Shown here piece by piece: positions 44,615-54,079 of a DNA stretch of 63,212 nucleotides (the first letter of the stretch is position 1; each line of letters begins with the position of its first letter). The stretch covers positions 1-63,212 of the forward strand of contig JAGGXC010000022.1 in NCBI GenBank assembly GCA_021163265.1, given 5' to 3'. The position numbers and the translations under genes were made by a program. The stretch comes from a bacterium. GTDB taxonomy: Bacteria; Patescibacteriota; Minisyncoccia; Minisyncoccales; JAGGXC01. The notes beneath the pieces are model-generated. The model ran no database searches. It had not been told where the DNA came from and was given only the letters and a program-made list of their open reading frames with translations.

Positions 44615-45295
44615 TTATTCAATAACTTTCTGATGCTTCTTTCGCCATTCTTGAATTTTTTTATGGTCTCCGGAAAGTAAAACCTTGGGCACCTTCCATT
44701 CTACTCCTCGCCTAGGAGAAAACACTGCTGGCCGTGTATATTGAGGATATTCAATAAAACCACGTCCTTGCCTTCCTCGTAGAGAGGGAATTCTTTCCTT
44801 TAAAATCTCTTTTTTTCCTATCACGCCGGGAATTAATCTACTTACACTCTCAATTACTACCATAGCCGGCAATTCCCCTCCCATCAGATCATAATCTCCT
44901 ATAGACAACTCTATATCTGCAAGATATTTAGCCACACGTTCGTCTACTCCTTCATAACGACCACAGATAAAGATAATCTGATTTAACTTTGAAAATTGAT
45001 ATGCAATCTTTTGAGAAAATTTCTTCCCGCGAGGAGTAAAAAGAACGATCTTTCTTTTCTTTTTTTTGGGAATTTTTTTGATAGCTTCGAATATCGGTTC
45101 AATCTTCATCACCATTCCTAATCCTCCTCCGAAAGGGCGATCATCAACAGTTCTTCTTGTATCTTTAGCAAAATCTCTTAGATTATGAATTTCTATTCTT
45201 ATCAGATTCTTCTCTATGGCCTTCTTGATAAGGGACTCTTTAAAATAAGAATTAAAAATCTTTGGAAAAATAGTAATAATATCGAATCTTATCAT
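44615..45295 (-). CDS. trmD: tRNA (guanine37-N1)-methyltransferase
   Basis: MIRFDIITIFPKIF N-terminus; SPOUT knot motifs (GRYEGVDERV, SIGDYDLMGGELPA). Confidence 0.93.
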   Translation of the reverse strand: MIRFDIITIFPKIFNSYFKESLIKKAIEKNLIRIEIHNLRDFAKDTRRTVDDRPFGGGLGMVMKIEPIFEAIKKIPKKKKRKIVLFTPRGKKFSQKIAYQFSKLNQIIFICGRYEGVDERVAKYLADIELSIGDYDLMGGELPAMVVIESVSRLIPGVIGKKEILKERIPSLRGRQGRGFIEYPQYTRPAVFSPRRGVEWKVPKVLLSGDHKKIQEWRKKHQKVIE

Positions 45296-45384
45296 AAAAC
45301 AATCTATAATCCTATAATCAACAGAAAACCGTGCTTTCTAACATAATAGCACGGTTTTCTGGCTTTTGTAAACTTTATTAAAGT

Positions 45385-45714
45385 TTACAATTTAAGATCT
45401 TCTAGCTCTTTATCTGTGTCTTTGGTCTCCGCTTCTTTTTCTGCACCAGCCTTGCTTGCACCAGCTGGTTCTTCGATCTTGAGATTGACACGAGCGTGAG
45501 ACTTAAGCCCGACAATCCGAACTAGATTTCTGATAGCTCTTACAGTTGCCCCCTGACGACCAATAATTTGACCCATATCTTCGGGGTTTACTCTTAAAGT
45601 AAGTAAAACCCCCATTTCATCAACTGTTCTCTCAATCTTTACATCGTCAGGGTGATCAACTAACGACTTAACAACAAACTCAAGAAATTCTTTATCTTTT
45701 GCTTCTTTTGTCAT
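45385..45714 (-). CDS. KH-domain RNA-binding protein (YlqC/UPF0109 family)
   Basis: KH GxxG motif IIGRQGATVRAIR; usual neighbour of trmD. Confidence 0.85.
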   Translation of the reverse strand: MTKEAKDKEFLEFVVKSLVDHPDDVKIERTVDEMGVLLTLRVNPEDMGQIIGRQGATVRAIRNLVRIVGLKSHARVNLKIEEPAGASKAGAEKEAETKDTDKELEDLKL

Positions 45715-45864
45715 ATTCTTACTTGAACTGAAATATTTTCAATCATTTAATCTCTTCTAGTAGCTCGACCTTTCTTCCGATCTCGCAGTTCAGAGAATCG
45801 GGATATAAAATTAGTAGCTACTGTTTCATATTTTAACAATCTAAATCAGTTTGTCAATATTTTA

Positions 45865-47346
45865 TTAATATTTCTGCAAAACTCTTTTGAGAACATCTGC
45901 TGCTTTTTGAGGATTAACTTTGCCTTTTGTTTTCTTCATTAATTGTCCAATAAGAAATTGCAAGGCTGTGGTTTTACCACTACGATAATCTTCCACAGCT
46001 TTCTGATTTACTGAAATTATCTCTCGCGCCAATTTCTCAATTTCACTTATATCTTGAATTTGAATCAATCCCTTCTCTTCTATAATATGAGAAGGGTCCG
46101 CCCCAGTTTTAAACATTTCTTCAAGCACAACCTTAGCTATCCTTGAAGAAATTCTGCCTTCGTAAATCATTGCAATAAACTCAGCGAAATTCTCAGGTGT
46201 AATCAAAAAATCTTCTCCTGAAACTTCTGCTTTTTTTAGAAGAGCCTGAAGATCAGTAAGAATATAATTAGAGGAAAGTTTAATTAATTTTTTTTGTTCT
46301 TTCTGTGAAAGTTGGATCTTTCTTTCCACTGACTTCACCCAATCTCTCAGTTCTGAAACAACTTTTTCAAAATATTCTCCTAAATCTTTATTTTTAACAA
46401 AAACCTCAATTTCTTTCTGAGACAAAGCATATTCTCTTACAAATCTTTTTCTTCTTTCTTCTGGAAGCTCAGGAATCTCAGCTTTTATTCCTTTCAAATA
46501 AACAGAATCTATATGAAGCGGAGGTAAATCTGGTTCTGGAAAATATCTATAATCATGAGCATATTCTTTTTCTCTTTGACTTTCTGTTACCTCTTGCTTC
46601 TCATCCCATCCCCTAGTTTCTTGAATAACCCTTTTCCCTGAATCTAAAATTTCTTTTTGTCTTTTTATTTCGTATTCTATTCCTCTCTCCACGGACCGGA
46701 AAGAATTAAGATTCTTAATTTCTACCTTTGTTCCTAATCTTCCTTCTTTACCCAAAGAAACGTTTGCTTCTACTCTCATTTGTCCTTTTTCCATATCCGC
46801 ATTAGAGACACCCAAATACCTTAGGATTAACTGAAGTTCCTGAGCAAACTGACGAGCTTCTTTTGCTGACTTTAAATCAGGCTCGGTAACTAACTCCATT
46901 AAAGGTACTCCTGCCCGATTAAAATCCACAAGAGAACAATTATCCTTACTTGAATGAACCAATCTTCCGGTATCTTCTTCCAAATGGATTTCTTTAATCC
47001 TTATTTTCCGACCATTTATTCTCAGATATCCATTTTGACAAAGAGGAATGTAGAATTGACTTATCTGATAACCTTTTGGGAGATCCGGATAAAAATAGCT
47101 TTTTCTATCAAATCTAGAATGAGTTGAGATTTGACAATTCAATGCCACTCCAACTTTTATTGTTTTTCTAACTGCCTCCTTGTTAATAACAGGTAATACT
47201 CCTGGATGACCCATACAAACAGGGCATACATTAATATTAGGATGTTGTTCATTAGGATCATTAGGACACGAACAAAACATCTTTGATCTAGTGTTCAACT
47301 CTACATGAATCTCGAGTCCTATTGTGGGTTGGAGGGTATCAGACAT
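45865..47346 (-). CDS. gatB: Asp/Glu-tRNA(Asn/Gln) amidotransferase subunit B
   Basis: GLEIHVEL, CPVCMGHPGVLPV, C-terminal YqeY-like domain. Confidence 0.95.
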   Translation of the reverse strand: MSDTLQPTIGLEIHVELNTRSKMFCSCPNDPNEQHPNINVCPVCMGHPGVLPVINKEAVRKTIKVGVALNCQISTHSRFDRKSYFYPDLPKGYQISQFYIPLCQNGYLRINGRKIRIKEIHLEEDTGRLVHSSKDNCSLVDFNRAGVPLMELVTEPDLKSAKEARQFAQELQLILRYLGVSNADMEKGQMRVEANVSLGKEGRLGTKVEIKNLNSFRSVERGIEYEIKRQKEILDSGKRVIQETRGWDEKQEVTESQREKEYAHDYRYFPEPDLPPLHIDSVYLKGIKAEIPELPEERRKRFVREYALSQKEIEVFVKNKDLGEYFEKVVSELRDWVKSVERKIQLSQKEQKKLIKLSSNYILTDLQALLKKAEVSGEDFLITPENFAEFIAMIYEGRISSRIAKVVLEEMFKTGADPSHIIEEKGLIQIQDISEIEKLAREIISVNQKAVEDYRSGKTTALQFLIGQLMKKTKGKVNPQKAADVLKRVLQKY

Positions 47347-47347
47347 T

Positions 47348-48019
47348 TTATTTTTGTTTTCTTATGGCTTCTCTAATAATTCTAACTCCTGAACTTGTCC
47401 CTATAATATCAGCTCCCGCTTTAACCATTTCTTTCAGATCATTAAAGGTTTTTATCTTACCTGCTGCTTTAATTAAAAGACCCGGCGCCGCTTTCTTCAT
47501 TAACCTAAGATGTCTAGCCTTCTCTTTTAATTCCCTATGTTCTAAAGGATCTTTACTGGTAGCTGTTTTAACACACTTCGCTCCTGCTTTTTTAACCAAC
47601 CATGAAGCTTTTTTAATCTCCTCATCTGTAAGATAACCAGAACCTATTATTACTTTGGTGGGTAATATTTTACAAATCTCTTTTAGATCTCTTAATATTT
47701 TATTGTACCTCTCATATTTTAAATCCACTATATTCATAACTACATCTAACTCATCTGCTCCTTCTTTTTTTGCTTTCTTTGAAATTCTCACTCGTTCTTT
47801 GTGTGCGCTTAATCCCATTGGAGGATCAACAAGAACTACTAGTTTAATATCTGTTCCTTGTATTTCCTTCTTTACCAGCTTTGTATATTTGGGATTAACG
47901 CAAACCCCTCGAAATCCGTATTTTATTGCTTCGCGACAGGTCTTTTTAATATCAGAAGGCTTGGCCTTTGGATCAATATTTGTATGATCAATAAGTTTGG
48001 CTATTTGTTTAATGGTCAT
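47348..48019 (-). CDS. deoC: Deoxyribose-phosphate aldolase
   Basis: IDHTNI..., VCVNP, and Schiff-base region VKTATS. Confidence 0.8.
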   Translation of the reverse strand: MTIKQIAKLIDHTNIDPKAKPSDIKKTCREAIKYGFRGVCVNPKYTKLVKKEIQGTDIKLVVLVDPPMGLSAHKERVRISKKAKKEGADELDVVMNIVDLKYERYNKILRDLKEICKILPTKVIIGSGYLTDEEIKKASWLVKKAGAKCVKTATSKDPLEHRELKEKARHLRLMKKAAPGLLIKAAGKIKTFNDLKEMVKAGADIIGTSSGVRIIREAIRKQK

Positions 48020-48023
48020 ATTT

Positions 48024-48680
48024 TTATAAATTTAATTTTAATTCTTTGTTAATGCATTTTATGCAATTTTGAGCAACTTCTTTTATTGATTTTTCTCCAT
48101 TTATTCTGCACCATTTACCAAAGATCTCTTTCTTAATAAGCTTATTATAAAACTTTCCTACCTTTAATAGTAACTCTCTATCTTTCTCATTACGATCTAA
48201 AACTTTTTTCTCTTGACGCTTTCTTTTAACAGAAACACAAGGAGATACTTCTAAATAAATTATTAAATCAGGTTTTGGAAGCCTAAAAATCTCTGCCAAT
48301 TCAAGAGCTTCTTTTAAAGAAAATCCTCTTACTCCTTGATAAGCAAGAGTAGAAGTGAAATATCTATCAGATATTATAATGTTTCCTTCTTTTCTAAGAG
48401 AAGAAATCTTATCTCTGTCTTTCACAAAATCACTGAAATACAAGAGGAATTGCAGAGAGACTGAAAAATTATACTGTCCATGGAGGTAACGATGAATCAA
48501 TCTTCCTATAGGTCCAGTATAATCAGGATAGCACATTCTAACACATCTTCTTTTCTTTTTTTTCAAATAAGAAAGTAAGTATCTGCTAATACTTTCTGTT
48601 CCGGCACCATCTACACCTTCAATTACAATAAATCTCCCTTTTTGAATAGCCATCAGATCTATTTTAGCATAGTGAAACAA
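48024..48680 (-). CDS. Thymidylate kinase-like protein with non-canonical P-loop
   Basis: FIVIEGVDGAGTES (Lys of GxGK[ST] missing) and DRYFTSTLAYQG. The start may be the internal ATG at 48653. Confidence 0.7.
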   Translation of the reverse strand: MFHYAKIDLMAIQKGRFIVIEGVDGAGTESISRYLLSYLKKKKRRCVRMCYPDYTGPIGRLIHRYLHGQYNFSVSLQFLLYFSDFVKDRDKISSLRKEGNIIISDRYFTSTLAYQGVRGFSLKEALELAEIFRLPKPDLIIYLEVSPCVSVKRKRQEKKVLDRNEKDRELLLKVGKFYNKLIKKEIFGKWCRINGEKSIKEVAQNCIKCINKELKLNL

Positions 48681-48719
48681 AATATAAAAGCTCCTGTTTC
48701 TATTAAGGAGCTATATATT

Positions 48720-49145
48720 CTAACGGTATTCTCTTTTAGAAAAGCTTTTTATCTTTTGGGGTCGTTGTTTTCTTCTTTTTTGTTTAATCTTCTTCCATAA
48801 ATGATTCATTAATAAATTCAAGATTTCTCTATCAATACTAATCTGTTCTCGAGAAGGATTTGCTGCTATATAATAAATTCCTCTTTTTTTATATTTCTCT
48901 TTTTCTTCTTTATTATAACTTGATTTTACTTGGAGAAAAATTTTTCCTCCCCACACAGGATATATAGTAATATCTATACCTTGCCTATCATCATAACTAA
49001 AATCACCAGAATATCCGAAATTTTTAATCAACGCTATCCGTTTAAAATAATTCAAGGAATAAATAACTTTTTTAAGAGCTATCTTTCCTCTCAGCCAAGC
49101 TATAGTAGAAGAATAAGGATTCACTCCATATTTCTTTTCTTTCAA
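48720..49145 (-). CDS. Hypothetical protein (possible PD-(D/E)xK-like fold)
   Basis: GIDITIY ... FLQVKSS pattern only. TTG start after AGGTGGTGA. Confidence 0.4.
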   Translation of the reverse strand: MKEKKYGVNPYSSTIAWLRGKIALKKVIYSLNYFKRIALIKNFGYSGDFSYDDRQGIDITIYPVWGGKIFLQVKSSYNKEEKEKYKKRGIYYIAANPSREQISIDREILNLLMNHLWKKIKQKRRKQRPQKIKSFSKREYR

Positions 49146-49251
49146 TTCACCACCTCTCTACCACCTCTACCAAAGATTTCTTAATTTTATAAAAAAGATA
49201 ATTTATGTCAATAGGTTTTATTTATTTCCAAAGATTTACTATAATAAGTTA

Positions 49252-50853
49252 ATGAACAAGAAAGCGCTATTTTTCCTTATTATTGTTTTAATAATCGCTT
49301 CTTTCTTCAGGTTATGGGAATTAAACAAAATCCCTCCCGGGCTATATCCTGACGAGGCTATCAATGGAAATGACGCTTTCAAGACACTTAAAACAAAAAG
49401 TCCTCATATCTTCTACCCTGAAAACAATGGAAGAGAAGGACTCTTTATTAATATTGTTGCTCTTGCCTTTTCTTTTTTGGGAATAAGCAGTTGGTCAATA
49501 AGAATAGTTTCAGCAATTGCAGGAATTATCACGGTAGCAGGGTTTTATTTTCTAATAAAAGAACTTTCTTTTTATTCCAAGAAATTTAAACAATCTTGGG
49601 AATATTTAGCTCTACTTTCTTCTTTTCTACTCGCTACCTCGTTCTGGCATACTAATTTTTCACGCATAGGCTTTCGAGGAATCCTTGTTCCGCTTGTATT
49701 AGTTTTCTCCTTTTATTTCTTAATAAAAGGATTTAAAGAACAGAAGCAGAAGTTTCTAATGATAGCAGGAATAATTTTTGGAATTGGATTTTATACCTAT
49801 ATCGCTTTCAGATTAGCTGTTATCCTGATTGCTATTATTTTATTTTTAGAATTTCTCCAATATAAAGAAAAAAAACAGCTAAAAAATTTCTTTCTCTTGT
49901 CATCGTTATATCTGTTTTTTATTTTTATTGTCGCCTTACCCATCGGTATTTATTTTATGAATCATCCAGATTACTTCATAAGCCGTGCTACCGGTGTTTC
50001 TATTTTTTCTCAAAAGAATTATATAAAGGCCTTTGGAGAAAGCTTAATAAAACATTTAGCGATGTTTAACATTCAAGGAGACGGAAATTGGCGTCATAAC
50101 ATTCCTAATACACCTGAGCTTTTCTGGCCTGTGGGAATTACTTTTTTAATAGGTATTGGATATTCTATATTCCAAAACATAAAAGCGATAAAAGACAAAA
50201 ATTGGCAAGAGTTTTTCTTATACTGCTTTCTCCTAAGTTGGTGGTTCATAATGCTTCTACCTGGTATTCTCACCTATGAGGGTATCCCTCACGCCTTGAG
50301 ATGTATCGGTGCTATTCCCCCAGTATTTGCTTTCGCTGCTATTGGCATATTTATTATTGCAGAAAAATTAAATTTCTATCTTAGAGAAAAAGTCCCTCAT
50401 TTAATTCTCTTTGTTGCTATAATTGTAATTGGGTTAATATTTACTTTAGTTCAATATAACCGGTATTTCATAGTTTGGGGAAAAAACAAAGAAGTTAGAG
50501 GAGCATTCTGTCAAAGATTTGTCGAAATTGGAAATTATCTAAATTCCTTTTCAGATAATACATCATTATATGTGATTGTTAACGAAGGAGGCGTTGCAGT
50601 ACCATATCCTAATGGTATCCCTATGCCAGCTCAAACCTTAATGTTTGTTGAAAATGAAAAATTTGGCCATCAAAGAGCTGTTTATCTAAAAACAGAAGAT
50701 GTTAAAAAAATAAATCCTGATAACCAAAAAACAGTAATAGTAATAATGAAATATGATGAAGCATTAATTAATAATCTTAAAGAAAAATTTCCCAGAGGAG
50801 AAATCCATCTGGAACCACAAAAAGGTATTTGGTCTTATTTAATTAATTTTTAA
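49252..50853 (+). CDS. Family 39 (ArnT/PMT-like) membrane glycosyltransferase
   Basis: Polytopic protein; first-loop motif PPGLYPDEAINGNDA typical of GT-C lipid-carrier-dependent transferases. Confidence 0.8.
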   Translation: MNKKALFFLIIVLIIASFFRLWELNKIPPGLYPDEAINGNDAFKTLKTKSPHIFYPENNGREGLFINIVALAFSFLGISSWSIRIVSAIAGIITVAGFYFLIKELSFYSKKFKQSWEYLALLSSFLLATSFWHTNFSRIGFRGILVPLVLVFSFYFLIKGFKEQKQKFLMIAGIIFGIGFYTYIAFRLAVILIAIILFLEFLQYKEKKQLKNFFLLSSLYLFFIFIVALPIGIYFMNHPDYFISRATGVSIFSQKNYIKAFGESLIKHLAMFNIQGDGNWRHNIPNTPELFWPVGITFLIGIGYSIFQNIKAIKDKNWQEFFLYCFLLSWWFIMLLPGILTYEGIPHALRCIGAIPPVFAFAAIGIFIIAEKLNFYLREKVPHLILFVAIIVIGLIFTLVQYNRYFIVWGKNKEVRGAFCQRFVEIGNYLNSFSDNTSLYVIVNEGGVAVPYPNGIPMPAQTLMFVENEKFGHQRAVYLKTEDVKKINPDNQKTVIVIMKYDEALINNLKEKFPRGEIHLEPQKGIWSYLINF

Positions 50854-50870
50854 CTACAAAATATAAAAGT

Positions 50871-52649
50871 ATGAACAACAAAATAACTTATGTCGTTGCT
50901 ACTATACTACTTATAATTTTATTTGTCACTGCTTTTACAAGCTCTCTAGGTGATTCGACCACTATGGACGAACTAGCCCATATTCCCGCAGGTTATTCTT
51001 ATCTAATCAGGAAAGATTTTAGAATAAACCCCGAACATCCACCGCTAGTAAAAGATCTGGCCGCACTTCCTCTTCTCTGTTTAGGTCTAAATTTTCCTTC
51101 GGAGAACCATCCGGCATGGAAAGGAATTAACGAGCAATGGTGGTTAGGAGCAGAATTTCTTTATCATGCAGGAAACAATATCGAAGAAATTCTCTTCTGG
51201 TCACGCCTCCCAATGATTTTAATCTTAGTTTTTCTGGGATTCTTCTTGTTTATGTGGACAAAAGAACTTGGGGGAAATATTGCGGGGCTTTTAGTTTTAA
51301 CCATTTTTTCCTTCTCCCCTACCTTCATAGCTCATGGAAGATTAGTCACAACTGATGTAGCTGCAGCCTTAGGAGTAGTAATGGGTTCTTATTTCTGGAT
51401 CAGATTTTTAAAAAATCCTTCATGGAAAAACATTCTCTGGACAGGAATCATCTTTGGTATAGTAATGCTTTTTAAATTTTCTTTAATATTGTTAGTCCCA
51501 TTTTTTGGAATAATAACTATTATCTTTGCCTTTCTTAAGACAAAAAGCAAAAAACCCAGAGAAACAATAATGGAAATTGCAAGATATACTGTCCTTGCTC
51601 TCATTGTAATGGCTATAGGAGTAACATTTATTATCTGGCCGGTATATAAATTGCACATTCTAAATTACCCTCCTTCAAAACAACTCTCTGATACAGAATA
51701 TATTCTTAGCTCTTCTCCAATGCCTACTATGAAAAATATCTGTATCTGGATGGCAAAAAACCCCTTACTCAGACCGCTTGCTCACTATTTGTTAGGACTC
51801 TTAATGGCTACTCAAAGGACTGCCGCAGGAAATACTGTTTACTTTTTAGGAATGATTTCTGCCAGCGGATGGCGGTATTACTTCCCTGTAGTCTATCTTT
51901 TAAAAGTGCCTTTAGGTTTTCACATCTTAACTCTGATTGCTCTATGCTGGATAGCATACTTAATTAAAAAACCTTTTTGGGAAAAACCGCTCTTCCGAAT
52001 TGAAAACTGGATTCAATCTCATTTCTCTGAATTCTCAATGATAATATTTATTCTTATTTATTGGACCACTTCTGTTGCAGGACATCTGAATATCGGTGTA
52101 AGACATATCCTTCCTAGTTTTCCTTTCATTTTTATGTTAGTCAGTCTAGCTATTGTTTATCTCATAAACACAATCCCTCAACCAAAGAGAAAATATGTCT
52201 GGAGTATTATACTCATCCTACTTGGATGGATTATAGTTTCTTCCCTTAGCGCCTGGCCTTACTACATTTCTTATTTTAATGAAATTGGTGGCGGTATAAA
52301 GAATGGATATAAGTATGTAGTAGATTCAAATTATGATTGGGGCCAAGATATGAAGAGACTAAAGATTTGGTTAGAAAAAAACAAAATTAACAAAATTTAT
52401 GTTGATTACTTCGGAGGAAGCGATGCCAAATATTATTTGGGAGATAAATATCGAAAATGGGAAGGCACAACTAATCCTGATCAATTCCCTAAAGGAAATT
52501 ACTTAGCTGTTTCTGCTACTCTCCTTCAGGGAGGAAGAGGGTTTCCTGTTCATGGATTTAATCAACCCACTGGATATTATCGATGGCTTGATAAATACAA
52601 ACCAATAGCCAGAGCAGGCACTTCTATTTTTATCTATTATATAAAATAG
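50871..52649 (+). CDS. Family 39 (PMT_2-type) membrane glycosyltransferase
   Basis: Polytopic protein; DELAHIPAGYSY and EHPPLVK first-loop motifs. Confidence 0.8.
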   Translation: MNNKITYVVATILLIILFVTAFTSSLGDSTTMDELAHIPAGYSYLIRKDFRINPEHPPLVKDLAALPLLCLGLNFPSENHPAWKGINEQWWLGAEFLYHAGNNIEEILFWSRLPMILILVFLGFFLFMWTKELGGNIAGLLVLTIFSFSPTFIAHGRLVTTDVAAALGVVMGSYFWIRFLKNPSWKNILWTGIIFGIVMLFKFSLILLVPFFGIITIIFAFLKTKSKKPRETIMEIARYTVLALIVMAIGVTFIIWPVYKLHILNYPPSKQLSDTEYILSSSPMPTMKNICIWMAKNPLLRPLAHYLLGLLMATQRTAAGNTVYFLGMISASGWRYYFPVVYLLKVPLGFHILTLIALCWIAYLIKKPFWEKPLFRIENWIQSHFSEFSMIIFILIYWTTSVAGHLNIGVRHILPSFPFIFMLVSLAIVYLINTIPQPKRKYVWSIILILLGWIIVSSLSAWPYYISYFNEIGGGIKNGYKYVVDSNYDWGQDMKRLKIWLEKNKINKIYVDYFGGSDAKYYLGDKYRKWEGTTNPDQFPKGNYLAVSATLLQGGRGFPVHGFNQPTGYYRWLDKYKPIARAGTSIFIYYIK

Positions 52650-52697
52650 AGTCAAAAACTCTCTAAAGATCTAAAGATAAAATAATAATTTCACAAC

Positions 52698-53504
52698 TTA
52701 TTTATAAAAGATTTGATTTCCAAATCTTAAATCAATATATTCTAGATTCTCTCTCTCCCGAGGAGAAATTTTTTCTCTCAAGAGTAGATCAAGGTTAAAG
52801 ACCTGTTTTGAAATATTATCGTCTAAATTAAAGTAAACTTCCCAACCTTCTTGAGTTAGCACATTTGCTCTTTTGCTACTGACAATTTTAATAGAACGGA
52901 GTGAAATCTCTTTTTTTCTCAATTCTTCTTCTATTTCTGCAATACGCGAAATTAGATTCTTTTCAATTATTGTCCTTCCTATTTTTAAATCTTTGTCTAC
53001 CTCTGGAAGAACAATTTCAGGCCATTGATTCTTTTGATTGTTTACTTTTTCAAACACTACTCCTTCCTTGTCTATAAAAAAATAATTATTGTCTTGTTTA
53101 ACAACTCCTATAGGTTTTCTTTCTCGAACAGAAATGATTAACTTATCTGGAAATTGTCTCTGAATGAAAACTTCGCCGATTTGAGGAAAATAATTTAGGA
53201 TTTCTTCATTTAAATTCTCTAAATTGACCAAAAAAACACTTCTCGAATCCCAGAATATAATTTTTTTAGGAAGACAAAGGTCTACTAAGTTCTTAATATC
53301 TTCCGTCTTTACTTTTTGATTTCCTTTAACTTGGATTTTTTTAGTTTTAATTTGAAAAAAACAATTAAAACAGACTAAGTAAAAAATTATCAGAGATGTT
53401 ACCAAAAAAAGCACAAAAATCCAAAAGAATTTATTTTTTGTAATCCAATTTTTTCTTTTTTGTTTCCATTGTTTTTTGAATTTCAGATATTGACTTTTTT
53501 TCAT
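52698..53504 (-). CDS. ftsQ: Cell division protein FtsQ/DivIB-like (POTRA)
   Basis: Basic N-terminus, single TM, POTRA-like IQVKGNQKVKTEDI. Confidence 0.75.
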   Translation of the reverse strand: MKKSQYLKFKKQWKQKRKNWITKNKFFWIFVLFLVTSLIIFYLVCFNCFFQIKTKKIQVKGNQKVKTEDIKNLVDLCLPKKIIFWDSRSVFLVNLENLNEEILNYFPQIGEVFIQRQFPDKLIISVRERKPIGVVKQDNNYFFIDKEGVVFEKVNNQKNQWPEIVLPEVDKDLKIGRTIIEKNLISRIAEIEEELRKKEISLRSIKIVSSKRANVLTQEGWEVYFNLDDNISKQVFNLDLLLREKISPRERENLEYIDLRFGNQIFYK

Positions 53505-53538
53505 AAATCCTTTTTAACTTATTAAAGGAGGAAGTTCT

Positions 53539-54066
53539 TTGAAAGAAAAATATCCACCGGAAGAAATAATACATATTAACCAACCCGAAATTAGAAAAAT
53601 TAATGCAATTGTAGCTCTTTCATTTGGATCCCGAGACTCTAAAAAACCAGGATTGAGCAATCAAGAAATTGCCGATTTCGTCAAAAAACTTTATCAATCA
53701 ACCAGCGTCCCTCTTATCCTTCAACGAGAGATCGCAGAATGTTTAAAAGAGACTCCGAAAGCTAAAGTGATCTATGAACACAGAATAAAAGGAAAATATC
53801 TCGATACCTATGAAGTATTATATCAAGCAAAACAATTCTGCGACAAATTCAAATGGAAGAATATATTACTGATAGCTCATCCTGATCATCTCCCAAGAGC
53901 CCGACTCACTGCTAAGAAATTAGGTTTTAATGTCTATATTCCGTATGAGCTGCCTTCTATATCCTATGATAAACAATCAATTAAACCATGGACGAGAGAG
54001 CGCTGGCGATTTCTACTTCATGAGTTAAAGAGCGGGATAATATATAAAATACAGGGAAAAATCTAA
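53539..54066 (+). CDS. Hypothetical protein, possibly DUF218/YdcF-like
   Basis: TTG start after AAAGGAGGAAG; weak pattern similarity only. Confidence 0.4.
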   Translation: MKEKYPPEEIIHINQPEIRKINAIVALSFGSRDSKKPGLSNQEIADFVKKLYQSTSVPLILQREIAECLKETPKAKVIYEHRIKGKYLDTYEVLYQAKQFCDKFKWKNILLIAHPDHLPRARLTAKKLGFNVYIPYELPSISYDKQSIKPWTRERWRFLLHELKSGIIYKIQGKI

Positions 54067-54079
54067 TTAGAGGAGGTCC

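Noticed and set aside
45715-45864. Possible SRP (4.5S) RNA because of a GGAAG-containing hairpin
   Set aside because: The conserved domain IV sequence and symmetric-loop pattern are absent, and the GGAA is not closed by a stable helix.
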